Shown in pieces: positions 37,801 to 48,755 of a stretch of DNA of 64,000 nucleotides. The translations under genes and the position numbers were made by a program. The number at the start of each line of letters is the position of its first letter. Position 1 is the stretch's first letter. The notes under the pieces are model-generated. The model was not told the origin of the DNA and made no database searches. It was given only the letters and a program-made list of their open reading frames with translations. Source of the stretch: Phoronis australis (taxonomy: Eukaryota > Animalia > Phoronida); contig NMRA01000446.1 in the NCBI GenBank assembly GCA_002633005.1, positions 239,156 to 303,155 on the forward strand. The letters are read 5' to 3'.

Positions 37801-40800
37801 AACACATTGTAGACCATCTCGTGCGTGACTGACGGGAAAAAGTTGAAGGTGACGCATTGCTTGTACCAATTGTGAACTGGGTGACTTTCAACGTGGAAAA
37901 TAATACTCTGAAAACAGACAGAAGTTGCTTATATCAAGCCATGTCTACACACTCACTTTGTCGCATACAATGTCGCATACGACAATCGGACCGTGAAGAA
38001 TGTTGTCCACTGTAGTAAACGACTTTGAGAAGAATTAAAAATAGGAGCTTGGGTAACGCAATTTCGTTCGGTAGATCACACTTTTGCTTTGCGGTTTTAA
38101 TACTGAATATCCTTCAGTGAAAGTGCGTACTCTCTACGGTAGTTGGTCAAGAGGAGGCAGTGTGGCCTATTGGGCCGTATTGGGATATGTGTCCGTTTCC
38201 TTTACTCAAGATCGTCGTTCCCACTGGGGCACACTGCTAGACCTTTGAGTCAGGTATCTAGCTTCTCAGCTAGGTTTTAACTATATATTCACAAAGCATT
38301 AAACTGGTTCCATGTGACCAGTACAATAGGCATAGTTCATGTCTGGTACAACGTGTATGGGTCCACCTGCAATTATTTTTTGTGTACGGTTGTTGGACTG
38401 GTTTCAATTTTTCATAGACAACATAGCAACATTGACACTTTTAAACGCAACTTTACAAGGAGCAACGAAAATATCGAAAAAAAAAACATCAAAAACAAGC
38501 AAATACAATGAAGCAGTCGATTTTACAAGCAAGTTGCTAATGAAAGAAAAAGTCATATGTTCTATTTTGGCTTCCTATGACGTAAAGAAACGGTCATAAT
38601 TACTACTGTTATCTAACATGAGCACATTCATAAATTAAGCGCAATTAAGTCACGATTGTTTGAAATGGCGATCGCAATTTTCTGTCGTAATTAAGGTCTT
38701 GGCCGCCATGAGGGAGGGGAGAGTACGTGCTAGACAATAATTTGCTGCGTCAGGGTGAAACCGTGGCGATCGGCGTAGTAAAGGGGTAGTCGAGAAAAGA
38801 ACGAGAGCAAAGCGGAGCGTTGAAATGCGCCCAGGAATGCCCCGCAAACGATGCGCTTCTAGGGGTGTTCATGTGTCTCATGAAAATGGCCATTATAGAA
38901 GGCGCAAAATACGTCGAATCTATCCGAAAACGGGAACATGTCAACGATTCTTTAACAAGGGCAACGCAGAGCGTTGAAATGCGCCCACGAATGCACCGCA
39001 AACGGTGTGCTTCTAGGGGTGTTTATTTGTAACATAAAAATGACCACTAGATGACGAAAAATACGTCAAATCCTTCCGAAAACTGGTACGTATCATCAAA
39101 GCTGTTTACCAAATTTAATTAAAATCCGTCAAGGAACTTCTGAGAAACCGAGGAAAACGAAAAAAGAAAAACGAAATTGCCACTAGGAGGCTACAGGCGC
39201 AAAAACCTTTCTGCCAATAAGGGGCACCACAGTAGAGGAAGTCGCCGAAAAATGATCATCAGACTTCCTCTTCAAATTAGGAATATGTGAATTTCCATAA
39301 CCATCCTTAAAATGGTTCGGTTAACAGAGGAGCACACATCAAACAACAAGACTCGAAAACAGCAAAAATGGACACTGTTATCTTGGACTTTATGTCACTC
39401 GGAGACGGACCTTTTTTACCTACTTTGTCAAATGGGGGGGGGGGGGCTCATTCGAGCCCCAGAGCCCCCCTGGGTGCGCGCATGCTCAATAATAGATGTT
39501 TGTTTGCCAATTTATGAAAATCCCTGCGTTGAGTGAGGTACATTGCCACTAGGGGACACACCTGTAGACCGATCCATCCAAAAGACGTCGTTGATTGTTG
39601 TCAAGCTAATATAAATATACTTGCTAAATTTAATAAAGATCCTGAAGAGGGTTTCGGAGATACAGCCATGGGCGTAAAACTGCCACTAGGAGGCGCCACA
39701 GTTATCGAGGTCGTCGGAAAAGCGTCGTCAGCCCTCCTCTTCGCTTTACGAACATACATGCCAATTTCCACAATCATACTTAGAGTGGTTTGGTTGACAG
39801 AGAGGCAAGTACCATAAAACAGACTCGAAGACAGTAAAAATGGCCACTGGGTTTGACGACGGACGCCTGACGCCCGGACGAGGGACAGATATGACGGCAA
39901 TATGCGACCACATATAAATATATAGGCGCATAATAAAAAGTTATTTACCAAATTGCATAAAAATCCGGCAAGGAACTTAATAAGAGAAACAGAGGAAAAC
40001 GGAAAAATAAATTACCACTAGGGGGCTCAGCGTTTGTCGGATCCGTCTTAAAAGTCATCGTCGTCCGTTGTCAACTTCATATCAATACACTTGCTAAAAT
40101 TAAGTAAAAATCCTGCAGTGGGTTTTTAGAGATACAGGTATAGGCCTAAAAAACAAAAGTGCCACTAGGAGGCGCTGCAGTAGTGGAAGTCGTCGGAAAA
40201 TCACCGTCAACCGTCCTCTTTACACTAAACACAATACATGTATGCCAATTTTCGCAATCACCCTTTGAGTGGTTTGGTTGATAGAGGGGCGGACGCCAAA
40301 AACAGATTAGAAAACAGTAAAAATGGCCATTCGATGGCGCAAATTACGCCTAATCCATCCGAAAATAGGAACATGTCATCGTTTCTTTAATAACAAGGCT
40401 ATTTATTAAATTTCATAAAAATCCGCCAATTAACTTAAGGAAACAGAAGAAAACGGAAAAAATGAAATTGCAACTGGGGGGNNGGGGGCACAGCGTTCGT
40501 CGGATCCGTCTGAAAGTCATTGTCGTTCGCTGTGAACTTCATATGAATATACTTGCTAAATTTAAAAATAATCCTGCAGCAGTGGGTTTAGGAGATACAG
40601 CTATGGGCGCAAAAATGCCATTAGCAAGATCCACCGTAGTCGAAGTTGTCGAAAAGTCATCGTCAACCGTCCTCTTTACACTATAAGAACATACATGCTA
40701 ATTTTTAATATCATCTTTAGAGCGGTTTGTTCAATAGAGGGGTGGACGCCAAACAGACTCGAAAACAGTAAACATGACCTCTGGGTGGTGCAAAATACCA

Positions 40801-43800
40801 TTAATCCACCCGAAAACGGGAGGATAGCGTGACCTTACTAATTGATGCCCATGTGTTACTTTGTTTGGTTTTTTAATTCTCATTTTGGTTCTTTTTATAC
40901 AAACTCGATTATTTATTGCCCAAAATTTATCTGTAATGTTCTTTGCATATGACGAAAGGTATTGCATGCAAAGGTTCACCACTCTGAAGGTTCACTATTC
41001 CGAAGGTTCACTAGTCCTGAAAGATCTACAGTTTCGGTCTTGGGTGTATCAGATATACGTTTACCTGCAAAAATAAACGACACTTCGGTTATTAGATGCA
41101 CTAGGTGGTGTACCTATGCTTAAACATCGCCCGGATTTTATGTGTATGCGAAACTGTCCGCATGTCTTTTGAATACGAAAAATGAGTGCGTACTTGAATT
41201 TTTAAAAGAATATGAAGAAGGAATATTTATGAATTGTCAGACCAAAATACATTCATCAAATCCATGTCAAGGTCCCATCATTTCACAGCGTGACTGAGCA
41301 AGTTTAGGGCCGCTGCGCCTCAACATCACCCATCGGAATCACGCTCATGGCCGGGTCGAAACTAAATGTAATAAGTAGGCTAACCTGTCCGTGCCAGTCT
41401 CAACGAAGTCGGAGAATCCCATTCAGTCTTCTTAAATTTAAAACCGCCGCTAGTGGTCGCTGCAGTCCTGACCCGATGCGTCCCTGCTTGAGACTAAATG
41501 AGTCGCTGGATTCAGGAATCACGATTCGCGGTGATTGGAACTGAGCTCATTTGTAAACAACATAGTCAAAGTTTTAAGAACTATCCAGCTTTTGCACGCC
41601 CTTTATATAGTTACTAAATGGACACAAATACAATAAATTTCTCATATCGGTTCCGAATCATTAGCAGACAATCAGGGTAATGAACTGTCGGAGTTCTGGT
41701 TTCGGAATTGTGGAGATTACTTTTTCCTAATAATATGAACATGCTCGTCGGGGTTTTCTTAGTGCAAGAAAATACGGTAGTTCGTGGGCGGCGCAGCACT
41801 GAAAAAAGTGGGAGGTTAAAGCCCCCCCCCAAACTCCTATGGTGCGCCGCCCATGTACTTAAACGTCTGATTTTTGAACAAAGACGGAGAACTGCCTGTA
41901 GTGAACTTAATTATCATCGGAGCACACACGTGTACACGCATGCATGGCATCCACCAATACACAACCAAAAGGCAAATTTGAAAGTGTCTGTACTTTACCG
42001 TACTCTGTCACGGCACTACTTTTTGGGAGCTCTCTCGCTGCTATACAGCCTAGCTAGGTTTTCGCATTCACTTCTAGACTCCCTCGTTACCGTATGCTGT
42101 AGCCACCACGCGCGTTCAATGCCGACGAATAACATAAAGCCTTCTCTAATCGTCTGCACGATCCTACCATCAAACACAATTAGGGCGAAGTTGACCGGGT
42201 ACGGCCCGATAATTGCGTGAAGTAAATTCAAAATTATTACTAACTTATTTATCAGTGTAGTTAGTAGTACCAGAAGCTGCAACAATTTTGTTTTTGTTGT
42301 CCATCTATATTCCATATTTAACGGATAAGTTGGGGCTGGACCTTTTCCGCGAAGGGAAAGGGGGGGGGGAGGGGGGTCGATCGAACCCCCCTGGCTACGG
42401 GTCTGAATTTAAACTTTCTTCGAATACGGATTGTGTAATGGTTATGGGATAGGTACTGCTTGGTTCCTTATAACTTCTTCTATTAATAAGTGTTCAAAAC
42501 GTGTGCTACTAGGAATTTAACACACTCAAAATGAAGAAATTGTACCCCGCTCGTACTTACCTGCGGAATACTGACGACGACACTGAGGAACCAGGAGAAA
42601 CCCAACATGATCTTTCCACGCATGGCTGCACCATTCAAACTGAGCGGGTGGACGATTGCAAAATACCTACAAGTGGAATTTAATTGTTTTAGAAATCAAC
42701 AGGGAAATCTGTATGATTTCAACCTTTCTGAAGAAGAGGCTGTATCGCGTAAATATCATCTGAAATAACCAGTAATCTGTTTAAAGAAAGTGAAAAGTTA
42801 TTGCTTTGATTCGTGTTTTGAGGTGGAAACTTTTGTGCTGGTTCTTGAAAACCAATTGAACATGATAATGCGAGCGACCTAAAAGAGTTCACTGATTAGT
42901 TTACTGGAAGATTGACTGCCACCCACTTGATTTATTCGAATTTAAATTTGACTAGCTGTTACCCGTGCTTTCGCACGGGTAGCCGCTAGTGTATAAGAAA
43001 TGCCGATGGGAAATAGCTACACCATCAAGTGAATATAAGTGTTCCTCGCAAGAGACAGGAATATTTTTTGAAGAGATCGTTTTATTTTAAAGCTTCAACC
43101 ATAATTTCTGTCAGATTTAGGCAGGGAGGGGGGCTCGAATTCCCGACGTTGTGGACCATTTGCTAACAAAAGAGCGGGCGGACTAAAAAAAGAACTTGTG
43201 TCCCATTTTCTCGGACTTTTTGTCTCTCGAAAGCGGAACTTTTTGCCTACTTCGCCAATTGGGGGGTGTCAAGGTGAGGTGGGAAACCATTCGGTTGAAC
43301 CGTTCAATGGAGCTCATTCAATTCACGTTGTTATCATGGTTGACGAGGGACACTAACTTGTGGTTCTAAAAATCGAAACAAAGCGTTCCCCCGCCAAGAC
43401 ATGAACTAAAGCGATTGCCTTTCAAAGATGGCGCTTCTTGGGGTTTAAAGCTTATTAATGCCGGAAAGATTCATGTTTACGCTCACACTTTTCTGATTTT
43501 ATAAGGAAACTATGAAGTTGAATGGGTTGGATTTGAAAACAGAAGGCGACACCCGTGAAGGATATTGCCACAGTTTTGCAGAATTTTGTTCGAAGACTGC
43601 TCATAAAGGTGCAGAAATTATGCAGTTTTGTGATGGGTTATTGATGAAGGTGCACTGTCACCGAGCGTTGTCTTCGTTATCATAAATGTGTGCATGTATC
43701 GTAACGCCAAGCACCACACGAGAACTGAGACAAGGACATCTAATTAAACATTACATTAGTGATGTTTTACGGATGCGAATGTCGCAATTTTAGGCCATGG

Positions 43801-45364
43801 AAATGTTATACTGACTTTCCCCACAATTTAGCCTCCAACTGTTTAATTTCCGCTAAGACGAAGTGTTGTAATAAATGCTGATGAAAACGTAATGTATTTC
43901 CCATGGGACCAAGCGACTAAAACGCTATCTATTTGGGCCGCTTAGTCCCATGGGAAATTCGTGACTTTTTATCAGTATATACACATATACATATACATAT
44001 ACATGTACATATATGTATGTATATATAAGTTGCATTGAAAAGTGAGCTGTTCTTTGCTTTAATTATTTGTACAACAAACTTTCGTAGTGTCTACACAAGT
44101 GTCTTTCATCGGATGGTAGTTGATATAATAGATCGCCCAGTGTAAGTGGCATCACGAACACATATATGAGTAAATATATAATAAAACTCTGTACAAAACA
44201 TATCATAATAAAACAGTAGCGGTACTTCGGCTATACATCAGTCATCATATATATATGCAATATAATTTTCCTCCGTTCTTGTAATTACCACTGAGTCGTC
44301 ACATGACAAAAATGATGTGATTAGATTGCAATAGTTACAGTTGCATTTATCCATACACTAGGCCTGTTTCTAAACAGAGCTGGGGTGCTGACAAGGAAAA
44401 TGTGTTTCTAAATTTTTGAGAATTTGAAATTAGAAGAAATTCTAGGTAAGGAGCAAATTATAATTGGATTTATTGAAAGAAACTATAGTAACAATTAAGT
44501 TCTATTTGGTAAGCGCATACACGTAGTACAATAAAATGCTTAGCAGTGTTATATTTCGCGTCTTTTTACGTCACTTAGGCATCGAGTCTGCTATCTTGTG
44601 CAAACAGGCATTGACCTGACCTCGAGTCGCCTTGGGTGCGCACACACAACGCCACTGTGCTTTCCCTTCGTTTGAAGTGAAATTGGTTAAAAAAATCCCC
44701 CTAAATTCCCCTGACGGCAACAGAAACTATTACCGTTCTGGCCTTAATCAAAAGTCGTTCATTGAGAAAAAGCGTGTGCTCATTACCCATTTAACTATTT
44801 CAATTTCCATGGAAGACCTACGTAGTGTCTAGCTTAATTTACATGTACCTACCTGTCGAGCGATATGGTCACCAAAATGAAGGACGACAGGTAGAACCCA
44901 AAGGCACGAAAGAACATCAGGATCCTGCACGCAAAATCACCGGCTGTCCACTGGACTGTCATGTGCCAGCCAGTCTCTAATGGTACCATTACAAATGTCA
45001 CGATTAGGTCGGCAACACTTAGATTCATGATGAATAGATTCACTCGGGATTTTCTTTGGCGGTTTCTGAATAATGTGATGAAAACTGTCAAATTCCCAAT
45101 GGCTGAGATTATGAATATACACGTATAAGCGATAACGGAAACAACGTTGCCCTCTGTGAAAGTCATTTCCGGAGGTAGGGCTACAATCGGTGCCTCGGCC
45201 ATTGTGTCCACACACAAAGTCCGCGTGTCATTTGGTAGCGAGTAAGTGGTCCCGTTGGCGCAAAAATCAGGCGGCAGCATGGTGCCTGGCACAGCCACAC
45301 TAGGCAATAGCTTTTGCATCTCTTCATTCCCCATAAGCGCAAACGGCGAGTCGACCTCGCTCAT
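25504..45364 (-). CDS. GNRHR: GnRH/adipokinetic-hormone (AKH)-type receptor, class A GPCR; 7 coding exons: 45364-44853, 42666-42561, 37907-37703, 33489-33373, 29332-29269, 28765-28677, 25889-25504 (1479 nt, 492 aa)
   Basis: Exons join in frame with canonical GT/AG sites. The product has TM1 GNLTV, TM2 NLSVADL, TM3 SLDR/Y, TM4 SIPQ, ECL2 HP..W..QCVTF, TM6 CWTPYF and TM7 [18 protein letters not shown], which resemble AKH/GnRH-type receptors. The exact orthology (GnRH vs AKH vs ACP receptor) needs a phylogeny. Confidence 0.93.
26964..27045. mobile_element. ~80-bp MITE (GGGCGGCGCA family)
   Basis: Inverted ends ...GGCGGCGCA / TGCGCCGCCCATG; TSD TATGT/TATGA; related copies at 41783 and 56382. Confidence 0.65.
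27531..27828. mobile_element. hAT-like MITE with 5-bp TSD
   Basis: CATAGGCGGAT ... CCCGCCACTG ends; TSD GTGCT/GTGCT. Confidence 0.78.
28677..28765 (-). CDS. GNRHR: GnRH/AKH-type receptor coding exon 6 (ECL3-TM7)
   Basis: TTTTCTAG| [31 protein letters not shown]|GTAAGG. Confidence 0.93.
29269..29332 (-). CDS. GNRHR: GnRH/AKH-type receptor coding exon 5 (TM6)
   Basis: CTTTCAG| [23 protein letters not shown]|GTATGC. Confidence 0.93.
29768..30900 (+). pseudogene. Spliced THAP-domain relic (transposase 5' exons) inside receptor intron 4
   Basis: Exon [23 protein letters not shown].(fs)DPE|GTAAGG (~29768-29852); exon B after TTTCTGTTAG| (~30746) gives ...[34 protein letters not shown]; deletions and frameshifts present. 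Confidence 0.65.
30437..30701. mobile_element. MITE, CATGCGCGCACCCAG family
   Basis: Perfect 15-bp TIR CATGCGCGCACCCAG/CTGGGTGCGCGCATG; flanks GTTAG / TTAG. Confidence 0.85.
33373..33489 (-). CDS. GNRHR: GnRH/AKH-type receptor coding exon 4 (ICL3)
   Basis: TTTCCAG| [40 protein letters not shown]|GTACGG; the ARIRTLKMT motif is typical of the family. Confidence 0.92.
34545..36240 (-). mobile_element. Decayed CR1/L2-group LINE (RT domain to 3' end)
   Basis: Fragments [28 protein letters not shown] (split by a MITE), [33 protein letters not shown]; 3' hairpin and A-rich tail near 34550-34625. Confidence 0.85.
35677..35838. mobile_element. MITE, CATGCGCGCACCCAG family, inserted in the LINE YADD codons
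   Basis: TIR CATGGGCGCACCC / GGGTACGCGCATG; TSD ATCAT/ATCAG; removing the MITE restores TAT GCT GAT GAC on the minus strand. Confidence 0.8.
37703..37907 (-). CDS. GNRHR: GnRH/AKH-type receptor coding exon 3 (ECL2-TM5)
   Basis: TTTTCAG| [69 protein letters not shown]|GTTGGT. Confidence 0.93.
38690..40845. repeat. Complex tandem array of ~460-500-bp diverged units, probably Helentron-associated non-autonomous (HINE/DINE-like) elements
   Basis: Recurrent blocks ACTTGCTAAATT, GCCACTAGGAGGC, GTCGGAAAA and GTGGTTTGGTT at ~460-500-bp spacing; a hairpin plus GTCC-like head on the minus strand at ~39850-39940. Confidence 0.65.
41783..41855. mobile_element. ~73-bp MITE (GGGCGGCGCA family)
   Basis: CGTGGGCGGCGCA / TGCGCCGCCCATG; TSD TAGTT/TACTT. 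Confidence 0.7.
42561..42666 (-). CDS. GNRHR: GnRH/AKH-type receptor coding exon 2 (ICL2-TM4)
   Basis: TTGTAG|G TAT TTT... translates (R)[35 protein letters not shown], then |GTAAGT. Confidence 0.93.
42951..42990 (+). mobile_element. Helitron-type 3' terminus (hairpin + CTAG|T)
   Basis: TACCCGTGC-TTTC-GCACGGGTA perfect 9-bp stem followed by GCCG-CTAG-T. Confidence 0.6.
43120..43268. mobile_element. Partial MITE copy (family of 30437-30701, reverse orientation)
   Basis: GGGGGCTCGAATTCCCGACGTTGTGGACCATTTGCTAACAAAAGAGCGGGCGGAC is the reverse complement of 30620-30677. Confidence 0.8.
44853..45364 (-). CDS. GNRHR: GnRH/AKH-type receptor coding exon 1 (N-terminus to TM3, ...ISLDR)
   Basis: ORF MSEVDSP...ISLDR with N-glycosylation sequons (NGT, NDT). 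Donor AG|GTAGGT at 44852 (phase 2). An upstream acceptor TTTATTTCAG| at 45436 implies a further 5'UTR exon. Confidence 0.95.
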
Positions 45365-45815
45365 AATGTTAAAGTTATAATGCTCACTGTCTTTGAATAA
45401 ACATCCTTTTTATGTCAAAAGTGCCACCAGAAGATCTGAAATAAACAACAAATTGCTCATTGAAGGTCTGCCATTACATTTTCAACACTCATGGACAAAG
45501 GAGATGCTTGTCGCACGAACGTATCTTTCAGAATGACGACCAAACGCGTTGCACCCCTGTAATACATACCGCCACGTCACCCACCTTGCTCAGTTGCCAT
45601 GGCAACTCGCAGTGCGCTAAGCCTTCATTTTGCTCAACAAGTGGCATTAAACGTCACGAAATCTTGCACAACACTGCATGACACGTGTACGAAACCGGTA
45701 CATTCGTTTCTAACTAGGGCGGATTTACATGGGACGCAGAAGGCGAAGGGTCCATGGCCCCGTAAAAAATCTTTGGGCTGAAGTTGTCTGAGTTAAGATG
45801 TACCAAATCAGCAGA

Positions 45816-45816
45816 T

Positions 45817-45877
<61 letters not shown>

Positions 45878-45944
45878 CGTTCGTGATTTTGTGTGTGTTA
45901 GTGTGTTTGTGTGTGTGTGTATGTGTGCGTTCGTGATTTTGTGT

Positions 45945-45987
<43 letters not shown>

Positions 45988-46000
45988 CGTGTGCGTATGC
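45816..46000. repeat. (GT)n microsatellite
   Basis: Direct reading. Confidence 0.95.
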
Positions 46001-46651
46001 ATGTGATCAATTCCGGTAGATTACAAGTCAGGCAAGCCGGTCGACCAGTGAGGGTGTCAACTAGGATTCTACTCAGGAGAAATATAGTCTCTCGAGATTA
46101 GACTGTGCGATTTTGATAAGGAAAAGAATATTTGTTCAGTGTACACGCTGATCGCTTTTGCAGTATTAAAGGCATGCGTCACTCGATTGAAATGTTTCTT
46201 TTAGTCATTTTAATCAGTTTGACTCCTTCTCACCTCGTAATGTGCCCAACTCACCAGAGGTGTCGCTCTAGTTTGTGAGAAAGACGAGGGCACAACGTGA
46301 TAACGTTTACGCTCCGGCATCCTGTGATGAGTGTGCTGCCTATAAATAAACGTCAAAGCAGCCTGGCTAATTTGTAGTCAGGCCTGTACTGATTTTTTGT
46401 AGCGTTCGTGATTGCACGTGTTCAGAATCTCACGAATAAATTATAATGCGTTTCAAGTTTTTTGAAGCAACACATTATTGAAGCTGGTCGGATCCCGTGG
46501 CGGCCTTAGTGAGTGGCAATAACCAATTGCAAGTTATTTCAGAGCTGGGGAAAGAGAAGCAATGAGGTTTCATTAATATTCCAACATAGGCCTACCACTC
46601 ATTAAGCGTTCGAAAAACCTTTGCCCTGTCGGATTTCGTGAAACGGGAAAT

Positions 46652-46830
46652 CTGTCCGTCACGTAATCATGATACACAAAGCTGTCCGTCACATACTTGT
46701 GATCATGATACACAAGGCTGTCCGACACATAATTGTGATCATGATACACAAGGCTGTCCGTCACATAATTGTGATCATGATACACAAAGCTGTCGCGTCA
46801 CATAATTGTGATCATGATACACAAAGCAGT
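46652..46830. repeat. 36-bp minisatellite, ~4.5 copies (TGATCATGATACACAAGGCTGTCCGTCACATAATTG)
   Basis: Direct reading. Confidence 0.9.
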
Positions 46831-47362
46831 CGCGTCTGCGACGCCGTAGCAAGCCGGTAACAGAAAGTAGCTTAGTGAGTTGCAGTCCTGCAGCTAATCC
46901 ACTCAGTTATACTCACTCTGGTACCGCCACACTATTAACTCATTTTAAGATACGCTAGGCGTTTCAGAGGTCACGGGGAGTAGTGTTTGACTCCAAAAGA
47001 CTCTCGGAGAAGTTCCACAATAACCCACACTTCGGGCCGGCGTGAGACCCGAGTAGAAGTCATACGTTGATCTCTAAATGCGAACAATTCACCAACTATA
47101 ATACATGGCGGTGAGATTTTCTTAATTACTTAAACACTCTATCGCCAAAACAAACATATTTTCTGCGGCCCGACTGTGAAGTTCGCCGGAAAAACGAATC
47201 TTGGCAGTCTTCCACTCTTTGACACAGCGCCTCCTATATTGAAAAGTGGACTTGTGGTAACAAGATGAACGACTACCATCAATGCGCATGCCTTGGCTGG
47301 AATAATACCGATCACATTCGCCACATTTGCATACGCCTTTACGCACTGCACTGTACTTGTTT

Positions 47363-47486
47363 GGGCTTAAGCCACTGAATCGGGGTTCCCAGATTTGAAC
47401 AAATAGGAATAACTGAATGTTATGGGCTTAAGCCACTAGATCGGAGTTCTCAAATTTCAACAAATAGAAATGACTGAATGTTATGA
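47363..47486. repeat. ~61-bp tandem duplication
   Basis: GGGCTTAAGCCACT...ACTGAATGTTATG occurs twice. Confidence 0.8.
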
Positions 47487-47815
47487 GACGTCAGTTTCAT
47501 TACTTTAACCAATAAGAAGCCATGTTAAACAGCATTCAACAGTGCTGCATCTTAGTTGTAGCACTGCGAAAGAGTACGTGTAGGCTGTCTTCCGTATGTA
47601 CTCAGTCATCAGGTGGCAAGACTCGCTCATGGTTCCCTGCGTTCCGTTAGGTGGTCAGTAGCCAGCACACAGGTACATGTATCAATTTATTTTTGCTCGG
47701 GAAATTTTTGTACACCGGCGTTTCTGATTGGCTAGTCGAATTCTCAACAGGCAAGCGCTATACGCAAACAAACTGGCATGGCTGATGGACTGAAGTGTAG
47801 ATGTGGTCTGGTGTA

Positions 47816-48755
47816 TCACTATAAATGTATTTGTATTGAAGGCCTCTGGCCCAAAGTACAATAAACAAAACAATTAATCAGGCACATTTGCACAAGCAGT
47901 CAACCCATTTAAGAGTTGTTCTCGTCTTTTAAGGGCAAAATACACATATTTAACAGCAGATATATCTGGATTAGCGAGCAGGCGTATACAGGATTCTTGA
48001 GTTGGATGCCTCCATTGAAATTCCTTCATAAAACGTGACCTAAGTTCACAATATCCCTTGCAAACCAACAGGAAATGGTATTCATCCTCTACAAGACCAT
48101 CATTGCAAGCCATACATAATCTATTGTAATATTCCACTTTCTCGTGTCTACCCACTTCCACTTGTAGTCTGTGGTTGGAGCAACGTAAACGAGTAAACGC
48201 TTGAATAAGACTATTGTGTAGCGGTAACTTAAGATATGGTTCAAAACAGTACAGAGTCTTAAAGTTAGAGTAGAATTTAAGTTTTGCATTATGCTCAATT
48301 TCTGATCGCCAACCTTGCTCATAACAGTCATTTACTCTTTGCGCGAAGAAACTTAAGAACGAGACTTCGCACGTGACACCTTGATTCAACCAAATTTGAT
48401 AAAAACCGTATTTCGATAGCAATTGTCTAACAGAAGATACCCAAGTATTTCTTCTATTCCTATCTAAATCAACTAACATGTCATAAGCCGCTTTAGCGTA
48501 TCTAGTAGGTGGCATTTTCAATAACTTTAGCCAATATTTTACACACGTGACATAATACTTTGCATAGAGCGGATAAATTCCACATTCACCCAATACAGCT
48601 GCGTATGAGCAAGAGTTTCCAACTCCAAGAGCAATTTTACAGAATTTAACATAAACATTTTCAAGCCATTCGTACTCTTTGAATCCCCAGATTTCCGCGC
48701 CGTAGCACATAGTTGGTACAGCAATTTTATCAAACAGTTCAAGTGATAGGCTCAA
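47816..48755 (-). mobile_element. 5'-truncated LINE (RTE-X-like ORF2 C-terminus) with 12-bp TSD
   Basis: Open 298-aa frame (YGAEIWG...RLRCSNHRLQVEVGR...LCMAC...EDEYHFLLVC); TSD TGGTCTGGTGTA at 47804-47815 and 48756-48767; 3' hairpin GGGCCAGAGGCC. Confidence 0.88.

Noticed and set aside
38153-38270. tRNA gene or SINE head (GGAGGCAGTGTGGCCTATTGG)
   Set aside because: There is only an A-box-like start, with no B-box or cloverleaf; at most a very degraded SINE.
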